From the IMG/VR virus record IMGVR_UViG_3300048598_000488, positions 1-45,438 of that record: a DNA stretch of 45,438 nucleotides; one strand, given 5' to 3'. Positions within the stretch are counted from its first letter, which is position 1. Every line of letters starts with the position of its first letter. The notes beneath the pieces were generated by a model that had not been told where the DNA came from, searched no databases, and saw only the letters and a program-made list of their open reading frames with translations. Source of the DNA: a virus (taxonomy: Duplodnaviria; Caudoviricetes). Positions 8,960-18,742 of this stretch are shown piece after piece. The position numbers were made by a program, and so were the translations under genes.

Positions 8960-9409
8960 ATGGAATATACAGTTCTATATCTACACTGCTATGATCGCTT
9001 ATTCTCGATATTTTGGTATACAAGCGGAAAGTCTTATCAGCTAACCCAAGAACAAATTGAATTGCTTATAAACCTTTTTAAAGCTATAGAAGTTCCATAT
9101 TCGACTTTCATAGTAGAGTTGGAATGTGTTTTAGATAGATTAACAGAAGATCGATGCCCGGCGAATAGTCGGGTGATCTTCCAACTAAACAATGCAGAGT
9201 ACTCTATTTATAACTTCAACAGCTATTTGATCAAGTATAAGGCTGCAGACAACATAGCAAAAGCATTAAATAGCAAAAGCATCAAAGCCAAGGCAGAAAT
9301 AGTAAGCGGAGTATTCAATAATTCTAATAAAAGTACACCAGTGGCAACAGCACCAAAGAATAAAAAGCCTGAATATAGGCAAGTGAGCATTTTTGAAAGG
9401 GTGGGTTAA
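8960..9409 (+). CDS. Hypothetical phage protein
   Basis: Start moved to ATG 8960 after SD GAGGT. Confidence 0.55.
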   Translation: MEYTVLYLHCYDRLFSIFWYTSGKSYQLTQEQIELLINLFKAIEVPYSTFIVELECVLDRLTEDRCPANSRVIFQLNNAEYSIYNFNSYLIKYKAADNIAKALNSKSIKAKAEIVSGVFNNSNKSTPVATAPKNKKPEYRQVSIFERVG

Positions 9410-9411
9410 CA

Positions 9412-9678
9412 ATGGAAAAGTTAGGTAGTGATCTGTATTACAATTGGGCTGCTTTAATGGTATCTATTATTAAAGTGTGTGAGCCAGAGGATGCATTTGA
9501 AGCTTTGGAAACAGGCAAAGTTAATAGAGACATAGATGAGCTTAGATTGCTTAAAAAAGAATTTACTTATAAAGAAATTCAGGAAAATTATATGTTTCCA
9601 AGTGCATCATTAGTACATAAAACTATCAGCAGGGGTAGGGGGTATAAAGATGCTAAAGCTGTTAAAGCGGCTGTTTAA
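9412..9678 (+). CDS. Hypothetical phage protein, possible C-terminal HTH
   Basis: 88 aa; FTYKEIQENYMFPSASLVHKTISR resembles an HTH. Confidence 0.5.
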   Translation: MEKLGSDLYYNWAALMVSIIKVCEPEDAFEALETGKVNRDIDELRLLKKEFTYKEIQENYMFPSASLVHKTISRGRGYKDAKAVKAAV

Positions 9679-9751
9679 CTTTGGTCGCTATCCTAAACAA
9701 CATTGTTACATCCAAGTTGAGATTTACAAAGGTAAGAAGAGAGTCAACTAA
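9650..9751 (+). CDS. Possible small basic peptide (33 aa)
   Basis: SD GGGGGT; MLKLLKRLFNFGRYPKQHCYIQVEIYKGKKRVN fills gap before initiator. Confidence 0.3.
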   Translation: MLKLLKRLFNFGRYPKQHCYIQVEIYKGKKRVN

Positions 9752-9763
9752 AGGGGAATACTG

Positions 9764-10588
9764 ATGAACTACTTAAAAGAGATACTTGCATTTGAAAAAT
9801 GGATAGAGACAAACCCGATCAACTCGACAGCTCAGAACCTATACTATAAATTGCTGTATCTCAATAACAATTGCCATTGGGTAGGGTGGTTCACCTGTAG
9901 CAATGAAACGCTGCAAGCCAAATTATCAGTATCAGACAAAACTTTAGATGCAGCCAGAAAGGTTTTAGTTGAGGCTGGAAGGATATTATATGTATCTGGC
10001 AAATCAAGACGTATGCCAGGGCGATATAAAATAAATTTTTGTTTAACGTCTCAGTATACTACCGGAGAATTTCCGATAGAGAGTGATACTACCGAAGATA
10101 TTACCCCCCATATTAACGAAGATATTACCGGAAATTCTCCGAACTTATATAAACAAAACGAAACAGATAAAGTAGATAAAGAAGAGGGGGAATTTCAGGA
10201 TAGGCAAGAGGATGATTTCTTTATTAAGATTCTTAACCATTATATGAAGGTATCTCAGAAGGGCGTTGAATCCCCTGATGATATTACATTATCTAAAAAA
10301 CTTGCAATTTGTCCAGGTATAACATTTGAAGATATTAAGACTGGAATTGATGAAAGCAAAAAAAGCTGGGGAAAGAGAATGTCTATTATGCCTCTTAAAT
10401 ACTGCATACCTGCAATTGAAAGGCAATATAAAAATTCACAAGCCAGAGCGGCTCCTGCATCTGTAGTTCCATTACCTACAAGGAATTCAAATGTTAAACA
10501 GTTTAACAGCAATATATCTCAACACCTTAACTATGATCAGCGGAAATATGATAAGAGCTACTTTGATAGTCTTTATGAAGAAATATAA
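9764..10588 (+). CDS. Phage replication initiator (N-terminal winged HTH, DnaD-like C-terminal region)
   Basis: MNYLKEILAF..STAQNLYYKL..WFTCSNETLQAKL..ARKVLVEAGRI; internal DNA repeats; C-term NYDQRKYD. Confidence 0.8.
   Translation: MNYLKEILAFEKWIETNPINSTAQNLYYKLLYLNNNCHWVGWFTCSNETLQAKLSVSDKTLDAARKVLVEAGRILYVSGKSRRMPGRYKINFCLTSQYTTGEFPIESDTTEDITPHINEDITGNSPNLYKQNETDKVDKEEGEFQDRQEDDFFIKILNHYMKVSQKGVESPDDITLSKKLAICPGITFEDIKTGIDESKKSWGKRMSIMPLKYCIPAIERQYKNSQARAAPASVVPLPTRNSNVKQFNSNISQHLNYDQRKYDKSYFDSLYEEI
10058..10159. repeat. Iteron-like repeats in the initiator gene (probable replication origin)
   Basis: ACTACCGGAGAATTTCCGATAG, ACTACCGAAGATATTACC, ATTAACGAAGATATTACCGGAAA followed by an A-rich tract. 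Confidence 0.7.
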
Positions 10589-10645
10589 TTTTTTTAAGCC
10601 ATGTATGTGGATGCATATGGCTACGATGCAACAACAAAGGAGTGA

Positions 10646-12391
10646 TTGGTTTTGTCAATAGAATTAGTGGTTGATTCATTCGCGGGTGGAGGCGGTGCCA
10701 GCAAAGGAATTGAAATGGCAATCGGAAGAAGTGTTGATATAGCAATCAACCATGACCCTGACGCTATTAGGATGCACAAGGTAAACCACCCAAATACAAA
10801 ACACTATTGCGAGTCGGTTTGGGAGGTTGACCCAAAAGAAGCTACAGGAGGTAAGCCCGTCGCACTTGCTTGGTTCTCTCCTGACTGTACACACTTTTCA
10901 AAAGCAAAGGGCGGGAAACCAAAAGAAAAGAAGATCAGAGGGTTGGCCTGGGTAGCTGTAAAGTGGGCAAAAACAGTAAAGCCAAGAGTTATCATGTTGG
11001 AGAATGTTCAGGAATTTAAAACATGGGGACCACTGCTTATTGATGGTAGTCCGGATCCTAAGAAAAAAGGCCAAACGTTTGAATTGTTTGTAAACACACT
11101 TAAGAAGTTGGGATATCATGTCGAATACAGAGAACTTAGGGCATGTGATTATGGAGCCCCGACTTCTCGAAAAAGGTTTTTCTTAATCGCTCGTTGTGAC
11201 GGAAAACGAATTGTGTGGCCAGAACCTTCACATGCAGATCCAGATAGAATTGAGGCAAGGTGTGGATTGAAAAAGCCTTGGAGGACAGCGAGAGAAATAA
11301 TAGATTGGTCAATTCCTTGCAAGAGCATCTTTGACAGGAAAAAGCCTCTTAAGGAAAACACGCTTAGAAGAATTGTTAAGGGAATTGAGAAATTTGTTAT
11401 AAATAACCCAAGTCCATTTATAGTTCAGGTCAATTACAGCGGAAACAAACACCATTATACCAGTTCTATGGATGAACCTTTAAAGACAATCACCGAAAAG
11501 AATGGTTGGGCTGTTATTGCTCCTACGCTTATGGTTAATGAATTCAATAATGTGGGTGGTAGCATTGATAAACCTCTTCACACTATTTTAACCGGTAATC
11601 ATCATTATTTAATAACACCTTATATAGCACTAATCGGACATACAAAGTTTTGTAAAGATAGGGCATATCCTATTGAAGGTCCACTAACAACAGTAGTATC
11701 TAAGCAAGAACATATGTTGATAACCCCAACTTTAATTCAAATGGGATACGGCGAAAGAAAAGGACAGGCACCAAGGGTTTTGAATTTGGAGAGACCTATA
11801 GGGACAATTACAGCTAAAGGAAATAAATTTGCAGTTGCTGCAGCCCTCATAAGTAAGTATTATGCTGGCAATTACACAGGTGCAGGAGCAAATTTAGAGG
11901 AACCAACTCCCACAATAACTTCAAAAGATCATAACGCTTTGGTATCGGTTTTCATAATCCAACAATTCAAAAATTCAGTAGGACATGAAATGGAAAAACC
12001 TTTAAATTCAATAACAGCAATTAATAAGTCCGGCTTAGTGAAGGCTTTCCTTATGAAATACTATGGTTCGGATATAGGACAGGAATGTGATAAACCACTT
12101 CATACAATCACAAGCAAGGATAGATTTGGACTTGTAACTATCAAAGGTGAAGAGTATCAAATAGTGGACATAGGCATGAGGATGTTGGAACCACATGAGC
12201 TATTCGCAGCTCAGGGATTTCCAAAAGGTTATGTCATAGATAGAGATCACGAAGGAAAAAAGTATTCAAAGGCCGCACAGGTAGCAAGGTGTGGAAATGC
12301 AGTACCGCCACCATTTGCAAAGGCATTAGTAGAAGCCAACTTGCCAGAATTGTGTAAGAAAGAAGGAAGTAAAGAGTATGGAATTTTGTAA
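10646..12391 (+). CDS. DNA (cytosine-5) methyltransferase, phage type with repeat-expanded variable region
   Basis: Motif I FAGGGG, catalytic SPDC, ENV, RKRFFLIAR, RMLEPHELFAAQGF, motif X GNAV. Confidence 0.95.
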   Translation: MVLSIELVVDSFAGGGGASKGIEMAIGRSVDIAINHDPDAIRMHKVNHPNTKHYCESVWEVDPKEATGGKPVALAWFSPDCTHFSKAKGGKPKEKKIRGLAWVAVKWAKTVKPRVIMLENVQEFKTWGPLLIDGSPDPKKKGQTFELFVNTLKKLGYHVEYRELRACDYGAPTSRKRFFLIARCDGKRIVWPEPSHADPDRIEARCGLKKPWRTAREIIDWSIPCKSIFDRKKPLKENTLRRIVKGIEKFVINNPSPFIVQVNYSGNKHHYTSSMDEPLKTITEKNGWAVIAPTLMVNEFNNVGGSIDKPLHTILTGNHHYLITPYIALIGHTKFCKDRAYPIEGPLTTVVSKQEHMLITPTLIQMGYGERKGQAPRVLNLERPIGTITAKGNKFAVAAALISKYYAGNYTGAGANLEEPTPTITSKDHNALVSVFIIQQFKNSVGHEMEKPLNSITAINKSGLVKAFLMKYYGSDIGQECDKPLHTITSKDRFGLVTIKGEEYQIVDIGMRMLEPHELFAAQGFPKGYVIDRDHEGKKYSKAAQVARCGNAVPPPFAKALVEANLPELCKKEGSKEYGIL

Positions 12392-12608
12392 ATGCGGGTC
12401 AATGATCGTCAAGGGTTTTTGCTCAAATAAGAAGTGCAAGGAGCATGGACAAGTGGCTGAGCTTGCTACATACAGGCAAATGAATTATATTAAATCTCTT
12501 TGCACTTTATTGGATAAGGACGAGCCTGAGAATCTAATCCATATGACTAAAGTTGATGCAAGTAGTTTGATAAAAGAGTATGAGGAATTATTAGAACTTG
12601 CAAATTAA
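12378..12608 (+). CDS. Small hypothetical Cys-containing protein
   Basis: 76 aa, CxCG..CxxxxC N-terminus; overlaps MTase stop. Confidence 0.55.
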   Translation: MEFCKCGSMIVKGFCSNKKCKEHGQVAELATYRQMNYIKSLCTLLDKDEPENLIHMTKVDASSLIKEYEELLELAN

Positions 12609-12629
12609 TACAGAGGAAAGGGTGATTTA

Positions 12630-12944
12630 ATGGAATGTCCATATTGTGGAGCCGAATTAAAATATCATGATTTTTATTATTCTGGTAACTATGCTGCATA
12701 TGAAAAAGGCTATGCAGGTTCAGGGTTTAAGGTTAAGGGACACATATACAAATGTCCAAATTCTGAGGGATTTGAAGATTACGCAGAAGCGGAAAAGTAT
12801 GCAAAGGAAAAAGATATAGATATTGAAGCTTTTAAAATTACAGGTCAATTTACAGGTGGCGAAATTGTTTGTGATAGTGACACTCATAATGGAACTTTTT
12901 ACACAGATGAGCAGGGAAACTTACACGAAGGTTATCCATGTTAA
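12630..12944 (+). CDS. Hypothetical zinc-ribbon protein
   Basis: MECPYCG...YKCPN...C; SD AAAGGGTG. Confidence 0.6.
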   Translation: MECPYCGAELKYHDFYYSGNYAAYEKGYAGSGFKVKGHIYKCPNSEGFEDYAEAEKYAKEKDIDIEAFKITGQFTGGEIVCDSDTHNGTFYTDEQGNLHEGYPC

Positions 12945-12964
12945 ACAGATGAGGAATAAGGACT

Positions 12965-13429
12965 ATGAGCATTAGGTTTGAAGAGGCAGAGTTCAAGCAA
13001 ATATTAGTCAATCGTGAAATGAAGCAGGGCAGAACCTTAAAGCAAGCTTTGGATATTCTTTCAGAAAGTAAGCATAGGGAATTGTTCCGGAAGCCTTCCA
13101 AGGAAAAGAAGCTGAAGCACGGCAATGTTATCACAACTATAGACGGCATCAAGTTTCGCAGCAAGAAGGAAGCAAATTATTATTGCGAACTTAAGCTGAG
13201 AATGAAGGGAGGGGGGATAATCGGTTTCGTCATTCAACCAAAGTTCATCCTGCAGGAAGGCAATGAAACTGATAGGGCAATTACTTACTCTGCAGACTTT
13301 CTTGTAATCTTCCCGGACAACACCTGTGAAGTGGTTGACACCAAAGGATATGAGTCTAAAGAATGGCAGCGGACCTACAAAATGTTCCGGCTGAAGTACC
13401 CAAATATTGAGCTAAAAGTGGTGAAGTAG
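12965..13429 (+). CDS. DUF1064-like PD-(D/E)xK nuclease (possible Holliday junction resolvase)
   Basis: IDGIKFRSKKEANYY, QPKFIL, TYSADF, VVDTKG motifs. Confidence 0.85.
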   Translation: MSIRFEEAEFKQILVNREMKQGRTLKQALDILSESKHRELFRKPSKEKKLKHGNVITTIDGIKFRSKKEANYYCELKLRMKGGGIIGFVIQPKFILQEGNETDRAITYSADFLVIFPDNTCEVVDTKGYESKEWQRTYKMFRLKYPNIELKVVK

Positions 13430-14422
13430 ATGGATCTATGGCAGCTTAAACAAAGACAGTCGCTACCCTTACAAGTGAAAATCGAAATGTCAAAGCTGCG
13501 TATTCGCCGATGGTATGAGAAATTTGACGGTGATGTGTATATTAGTTTCTCTGGAGGCAAGGACAGTACAGTATTATTACACCTTGTAAGGTCAATGTAT
13601 CCTGAGGTACCAGCAGTATTTGTTGACACAGGGCTTGAATACCCAGAGATAAGGGATTTTGTAAAGACTGTTGATAATGTGGTGCAGCTCAAACCTAAGT
13701 TAAACTTTAGACAAGTTATAGAAAAACATGGGTACCCAATAGTAAGCAAGGAAGTAAGTGAAACCATAGATCAATGCAGGAAGGGTTATAAAAGCAGGTT
13801 TAAAAAGATAGACCCTAATTACAAAGGCAGATTTAAGTGTCAGAATTGGGCGTTTCTTATGGATGCACCTTTTAAAATATCAAACCTGTGTTGCTACGAA
13901 ATGAAGAAAAAGCCTGTAAAGAGCTTTGAAAAAAAGAACAACCTAAAACCCTTTGTTGGTACCATGGCGACTGAAAGTGCATTGAGGCGTTTATCTTGGC
14001 AAAAAAACGGTTGCAATTCTTTTAATACGCCAAGGCCAATATCACAACCATTGTCATTTTGGACAGAGCAGGACATATTTGAGTACATTGACACTTTCAA
14101 AACACCATATTGCAGCGTATACGGCAAAATAATGCTTGAATCATTCGATAGAGGCAAAACCTACCGTTATTGTACTGGCGTGAAAAGAACTGGCTGCATG
14201 TTTTGTATGTTCGGTGTCCACCTCGAAAAGGAGCCAAACCGATTCCAGCGAATGCAGAAGACCCACCCAAAGATGCATGATTATTGCACGAAAGACTGGG
14301 ATAAAGGCGGCCTAGGGTTGGCTAAAGTGCTTGAATACATAAGAGTACCTTATAAGGATTACATACCGCAGTTAAAGGATTATGAGCAAATGAGCATATT
14401 CAGAAAGGGAGAATCAAGTTAA
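13430..14422 (+). CDS. PAPS reductase family protein (PP-loop, Cys-rich)
   Basis: SFSGGKDS, FVDTGLEYPE, CCYEMKK, RTGCMFC. Confidence 0.9.
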   Translation: MDLWQLKQRQSLPLQVKIEMSKLRIRRWYEKFDGDVYISFSGGKDSTVLLHLVRSMYPEVPAVFVDTGLEYPEIRDFVKTVDNVVQLKPKLNFRQVIEKHGYPIVSKEVSETIDQCRKGYKSRFKKIDPNYKGRFKCQNWAFLMDAPFKISNLCCYEMKKKPVKSFEKKNNLKPFVGTMATESALRRLSWQKNGCNSFNTPRPISQPLSFWTEQDIFEYIDTFKTPYCSVYGKIMLESFDRGKTYRYCTGVKRTGCMFCMFGVHLEKEPNRFQRMQKTHPKMHDYCTKDWDKGGLGLAKVLEYIRVPYKDYIPQLKDYEQMSIFRKGESS

Positions 14423-15276
14423 TGAACAAAGTGTTAAAGTATCCCGGAGCAAAATGGCGTATAGCTGACTGGATCATAAATCAATTCCCAAAGCATCACA
14501 CATACCTAGAACCTTTCTTCGGCAGCGGTGCAATTCTATTTAATAAGCCTCCAAGTGCAATTGAAACAGTTAATGACTTAGATAGCGATGTTTGTAACCT
14601 GTTTAATTGTATAAATGAAGATGCTCAAAAGTTGGTCAGCATGGTTGCGTTAACTCCATTTTCAAGGGAAACATACGAAGAGAGTTTCAATACTGAACCT
14701 GATTGGTGGCAAAGAAAAATTACTGGGTTTGGAATGATTGGATATGAAAATAGCTTCGAAAAAGCAAGACAATTTTTAATAAAGTGCTGGCAAGGACATG
14801 GATTCCGCACAAATGGTTATAAAGTTGGCTGGAAAAACGATGTGCAGGGCAGGGAAAACATGTATGCGGTATATAACTGGTACCGCTTGCCTGAGTGGAT
14901 AATCGGCATAGTTGACAGGTTAAAGCAGGTACAAATAGAAAACCGTCCAGCCATTGAGATAATTAAAAGGTACAAGTATTCTAAAGTTTTAATTTATTGC
15001 GACCCACCTTATTTACTTGGTACCAGAACTGGAAAACAATACAAACATGAAATGTCAGAGCAGGATCACGTTGAGCTACTCGAAACATTAATGGAGCATC
15101 CAGGGCCAGTTATAATTTCTGGTTATGATTCTGACCTCTATAACTTGACATTAAAAGGATGGCATAAAAATCAGATCCAGAGTAACGCAGAGTATTATGC
15201 AGGCAAAAGCAGGACTGAGGTTATTTGGATGAATTACGAACCAACAATTGAACAAATGAGGATTGGAGGAATTTAG
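14422..15276 (+). CDS. DNA adenine methyltransferase (Dam/D12 class)
   Basis: KYPGAK, EPFFGSG, VNDLD, catalytic DPPY, ISGY, TEVIWMNY. Confidence 0.93.
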   Translation: MNKVLKYPGAKWRIADWIINQFPKHHTYLEPFFGSGAILFNKPPSAIETVNDLDSDVCNLFNCINEDAQKLVSMVALTPFSRETYEESFNTEPDWWQRKITGFGMIGYENSFEKARQFLIKCWQGHGFRTNGYKVGWKNDVQGRENMYAVYNWYRLPEWIIGIVDRLKQVQIENRPAIEIIKRYKYSKVLIYCDPPYLLGTRTGKQYKHEMSEQDHVELLETLMEHPGPVIISGYDSDLYNLTLKGWHKNQIQSNAEYYAGKSRTEVIWMNYEPTIEQMRIGGI

Positions 15277-15283
15277 TTGTGAC

Positions 15284-16180
15284 ATGAAAATTTTATTGAT
15301 TGATGTTGACAGTAAAATTCCTAATATCGCATTAATGAAGTTATCAGCATATCATAAATCCCTTGGTGATGAAGTGTTTTTAAACCATTGCGACAATCCC
15401 GATAAAGTATATGCCTCAGCAATATTTACAAGGTCAAAGCCTTACTGTGAAATTCTTTTAAAAATGTACCATGGAATAATTGAAATAGGCGGAACTGGTT
15501 GGGATATCGAAAAGAGATTGCCTCCAGAAGTTGAGAAAATGAATTGTGATTATAGCCTTTACAACTTTACTGAAGGCATGGGATTTACAACAAGAGGTTG
15601 CGTTCGAAACTGTGAATTCTGTTTTGTGCCAAAGAAAGAAGGAAAGCTCTGCCAAGATCAAAAGATAAAAGATATTATTAACGGTCCTAACTTAACTTTT
15701 TTGGATAATAATTTTACAGCTGATCTGCTTATGGTCGATAAATGCAGAGAAATCAAAGAAAGAAACCTTACTGTTAATATCTGCCAAGGCATGGATATTC
15801 GACTAATGACAGACGAAAAAGCTAAGGCAATAACCAGTATAAGACACAAAGACAATATTAAATTCGCTTGGGACCTTATGAAATATGAAAAACAGGTAAT
15901 GCAGGGAATTGAAATAATGACACAATACTGCAGCGGATCACGGTTAAAATGCTACATTCTTTGCGGTTATAATACTACTTTTGAGGAAGACATGTACAGG
16001 TTTAAGGTTTTAAGAAGTTTAAAAGTAAAGCCTTATGCAATGATTTATAACGATATTGAGGATAAAAGACTTAAGCACTTTGAGCGGTGGGTAAATGCCT
16101 ATATCTATTATAAATGTTCCTGGGATGAATATGAACCTTGGATAAAATCTCAAGGAATTAAGGGTCAAATAAGTATTTAA
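15284..16180 (+). CDS. Radical SAM protein
   Basis: TRGCVRNCEFC (CxxxCxxC), LDNNF, N-term PNIALMKLSAYHK. Confidence 0.88.
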   Translation: MKILLIDVDSKIPNIALMKLSAYHKSLGDEVFLNHCDNPDKVYASAIFTRSKPYCEILLKMYHGIIEIGGTGWDIEKRLPPEVEKMNCDYSLYNFTEGMGFTTRGCVRNCEFCFVPKKEGKLCQDQKIKDIINGPNLTFLDNNFTADLLMVDKCREIKERNLTVNICQGMDIRLMTDEKAKAITSIRHKDNIKFAWDLMKYEKQVMQGIEIMTQYCSGSRLKCYILCGYNTTFEEDMYRFKVLRSLKVKPYAMIYNDIEDKRLKHFERWVNAYIYYKCSWDEYEPWIKSQGIKGQISI

Positions 16181-16260
16181 ATAAGTATTTAAGGAGGATT
16201 TATCATGAATAAACAAGAGTTAGCAAAAATGTTAAATGGTAGGAAGGGGTGTAAAGAAGT

Positions 16261-17013
16261 ATGAATAATTCTGTTAAAGAGTTGTATTACCAAGCTATAT
16301 CAGACATTACTAATGAGAAGCAAGGGTATTTAAAGCGGCTCAGTGAATGGGATGATGAAATTAGGCTATTAAAAATAGAAGAAGAAGATCTTCGGGAAGC
16401 TATCAAAATTTGTGAGAACGATATTAATCTTTTTCAAAAATGTCTAAAAGGTGATCCAGATGAATTCACCAGAATATTTACTTTGGTATCTAATTTCGCT
16501 TCACCAGATTGTTCAAAAAGGTTAAATATATATGGAGTTAATTGTACTTCAAATAGCCTTCAAGCAATAGATGGACATAGGGGTATAGAATACTTTTGCG
16601 AGATTCCTGATAATCTTAAGGGTAAAATAATTAAGCCTAATGTTTTTGAAAATTTTGACCAACATATAGTTCAAGGAAGTAACTTCATTGATATTCATGA
16701 ATATTTACCTAAATTTGTAGGTACAAGTATTGCTCCACTATCTAAAAAAGCTTCAGAGTGGATTGATATATTTATTGAAAATTCCAAACCATATAAATCT
16801 AATTCTCTAAGCAATTTTCAACCAGATAAATATAAAGCTATATGTGAAATAGAGGGAATACAAGTAGGATTTAACAAGGTTTATGTAGCAGATTTATTTG
16901 CTCTTATCGATGATGATGAGTATGTTTCGCTTTATTGGCGAGGTAATGCACTAGAAAGCTTACTTTTTTATACAAACAAGTTAAATGCAATTATATGTCC
17001 GATAAGGATATAA
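16261..17013 (+). CDS. Coiled-coil protein with partial beta-sliding-clamp-like C-terminal region
   Basis: LQAIDGHR, VGFNKVYVADL and terminal IICPIRI resemble DnaN motifs ATDGHRL, IGFNxxYLxD and MPxR. Confidence 0.55.
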   Translation: MNNSVKELYYQAISDITNEKQGYLKRLSEWDDEIRLLKIEEEDLREAIKICENDINLFQKCLKGDPDEFTRIFTLVSNFASPDCSKRLNIYGVNCTSNSLQAIDGHRGIEYFCEIPDNLKGKIIKPNVFENFDQHIVQGSNFIDIHEYLPKFVGTSIAPLSKKASEWIDIFIENSKPYKSNSLSNFQPDKYKAICEIEGIQVGFNKVYVADLFALIDDDEYVSLYWRGNALESLLFYTNKLNAIICPIRI

Positions 17014-17054
17014 CAGCATCAACCGCTGTTGAAAATAAAAAAGGAGGGTCAATT

Positions 17055-17225
17055 ATGGAATTTGAAGTTAATTTGAAAAACATTAAAAATATTACTATAA
17101 ATGTTAAATGTGAAAATGCTACTAAATGCCAAGATATGCTGTGGGAAAATTTAAATATTTCTCTTGAAGAAATAGAAGGAATTACATACAAAGATTCTGA
17201 CAACGAGACTTCATTGGTATATTAA
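17055..17225 (+). CDS. Small hypothetical protein
   Basis: SD AAGGAGGG before ATG 17055. Confidence 0.55.
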   Translation: MEFEVNLKNIKNITINVKCENATKCQDMLWENLNISLEEIEGITYKDSDNETSLVY

Positions 17226-17405
17226 ATATCAGAAGTAGCATCAACCGTCATGAAGGCTGGCGTTGATATATAAACTCAGGTCGAAGAGTTGCCATCTGTA
17301 AGGCCTGGGCTAAACGAAAAATAAGGATACATAGCAAATAAGACACACTTTGCAATATTTAAATTTAAAAGGTCGGGCAGCCTTCGCCCGACCAAGGAGG
17401 GTCAA

Positions 17406-18176
17406 ATGAATAAGACTAAAATTGAGTGGTGTGATAGCACCTGGAATCCGGTAACTGGATGTTTACACAACTGCGATTACTGCTATGCCAGAAAAATATC
17501 AGATAGATTCAAATCAAGTACTGAAACATTATCAAACAGAATGATAGAAAGCCATACAGATGATTTTATATGCTATGAAGGTAAGTATAATTGCTCTTTT
17601 CCATTCGGATTTAAACCAACTTTCTATAAAGAACGTCTATCAGAACCAGCAAATATAAAGAAACCTCAAACAATATTTGTCTGCAGCATGGCTGACTTGT
17701 TTGGCAGTTGGGTACCGGATCACTGGATTAAAGAAGTATTTGAAGCTTGCCAAGCAGCACCGCAGCACAAATATTTATTCTTAACAAAGAACCCAAGCCG
17801 GTATGCTCAACTAGCCTCACAAGGTAAATTACCATACAACAATAATTTTTGGTACGGCTCAACAATAACAGGTAATAACGAAAAAAGATTTGTAAGTCCA
17901 AAATGCGATAGTCAAAGGCACAATACTTTTCTAAGTATAGAACCATTGCTGAATATATGGGACTTCAATCCTTATGGAGAGTTTGACTGTCATGGATGGA
18001 TAATCATAGGTGCTCAATCCGGACCAGGGGCAGTAAAACCCAAAAAAGAATGGACAAGGTCCATTGCAATTCAGGCAATAGCGGAAGGTGTTCCGGTATT
18101 CATGAAAGATTCGTTAAAACCATATTGGGATGAATTAATGAGAGAGTTCCCGGAAGGATTGGAGGTAGGAAAATGA
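17406..18176 (+). CDS. DUF5131 / phage Gp37-Gp68 family radical-SAM-like protein
   Basis: TKIEWCDSTWNPVTGC..CDYCYA, IFVCSMADLF, LTKNP, LSIEPLL, WIIIG, PVFMK. Confidence 0.9.
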   Translation: MNKTKIEWCDSTWNPVTGCLHNCDYCYARKISDRFKSSTETLSNRMIESHTDDFICYEGKYNCSFPFGFKPTFYKERLSEPANIKKPQTIFVCSMADLFGSWVPDHWIKEVFEACQAAPQHKYLFLTKNPSRYAQLASQGKLPYNNNFWYGSTITGNNEKRFVSPKCDSQRHNTFLSIEPLLNIWDFNPYGEFDCHGWIIIGAQSGPGAVKPKKEWTRSIAIQAIAEGVPVFMKDSLKPYWDELMREFPEGLEVGK

Positions 18177-18742
18177 TTGATTTAACATTAGCAAAGCCAA
18201 TTTTATTTAACACTGACATGGTAAGGGCTATATTGAACGGCAGCAAGACGAATACAAGAAGGATTATAAAATTTCCTAAGCATGTAGCAATTCAAAACAA
18301 TGGTCTATTTACTTTATTTGTTGATGGAGACAGTTATTGTGACCAACATATAGAAGAAATAAAAGATTATATCAAACCGCCTTATCAACCAGGTGATATC
18401 CTTTATGTGAGGGAAACATGGAATGTATTTGATTTTCGATATTTATACAAAGCTAGCCATGATACATGGATACATGGGAAAAAACTAGAGCACTGGTGGA
18501 AACCATCAATCCATATGCCAAAGGCAGCAGCAAGGATATTTCTGAAAGTAACTAAGGTTAGGGTTGAGAGAGTGCAAAATATAACGGAAGATGAAGCTAT
18601 CAAAGAAGGTTTTAGTCATGGGGGCATTCAAGAAGTTTGGATAAAAGCAATTGATTCTTTCATATCTACATGGAACAAGATTTACGAAAACTGGGATGAT
18701 AATCCCTGGGTATGGGTTATAGAGTTTGAAAGGATGATGTAA
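18173..18742 (+). CDS. ASCH/PUA-like phage protein
   Basis: MVRAILNGSKTNTRR, GDILYVRET, WKPSIHMPK, EAIKEG, NPWVWVIEF. Confidence 0.75.
   Translation: MIDLTLAKPILFNTDMVRAILNGSKTNTRRIIKFPKHVAIQNNGLFTLFVDGDSYCDQHIEEIKDYIKPPYQPGDILYVRETWNVFDFRYLYKASHDTWIHGKKLEHWWKPSIHMPKAAARIFLKVTKVRVERVQNITEDEAIKEGFSHGGIQEVWIKAIDSFISTWNKIYENWDDNPWVWVIEFERMM

Noticed and set aside
13430-14422. PAPS reductase as a sulfur-assimilation gene or Dnd phosphorothioation system
   Set aside because: No other cys or dnd genes are present; the family is common in phage replication regions
16205-16264. 19-aa ORF MNKQELAKMLNGRKGCKEV with SD
   Set aside because: Looks like the stub of a deleted phage gene; too short to call
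17225-17400. Possible HDV-like or other ribozyme in this intergenic gap
   Set aside because: Could not assemble P1.1/P3 or a hammerhead core; only simple hairpins
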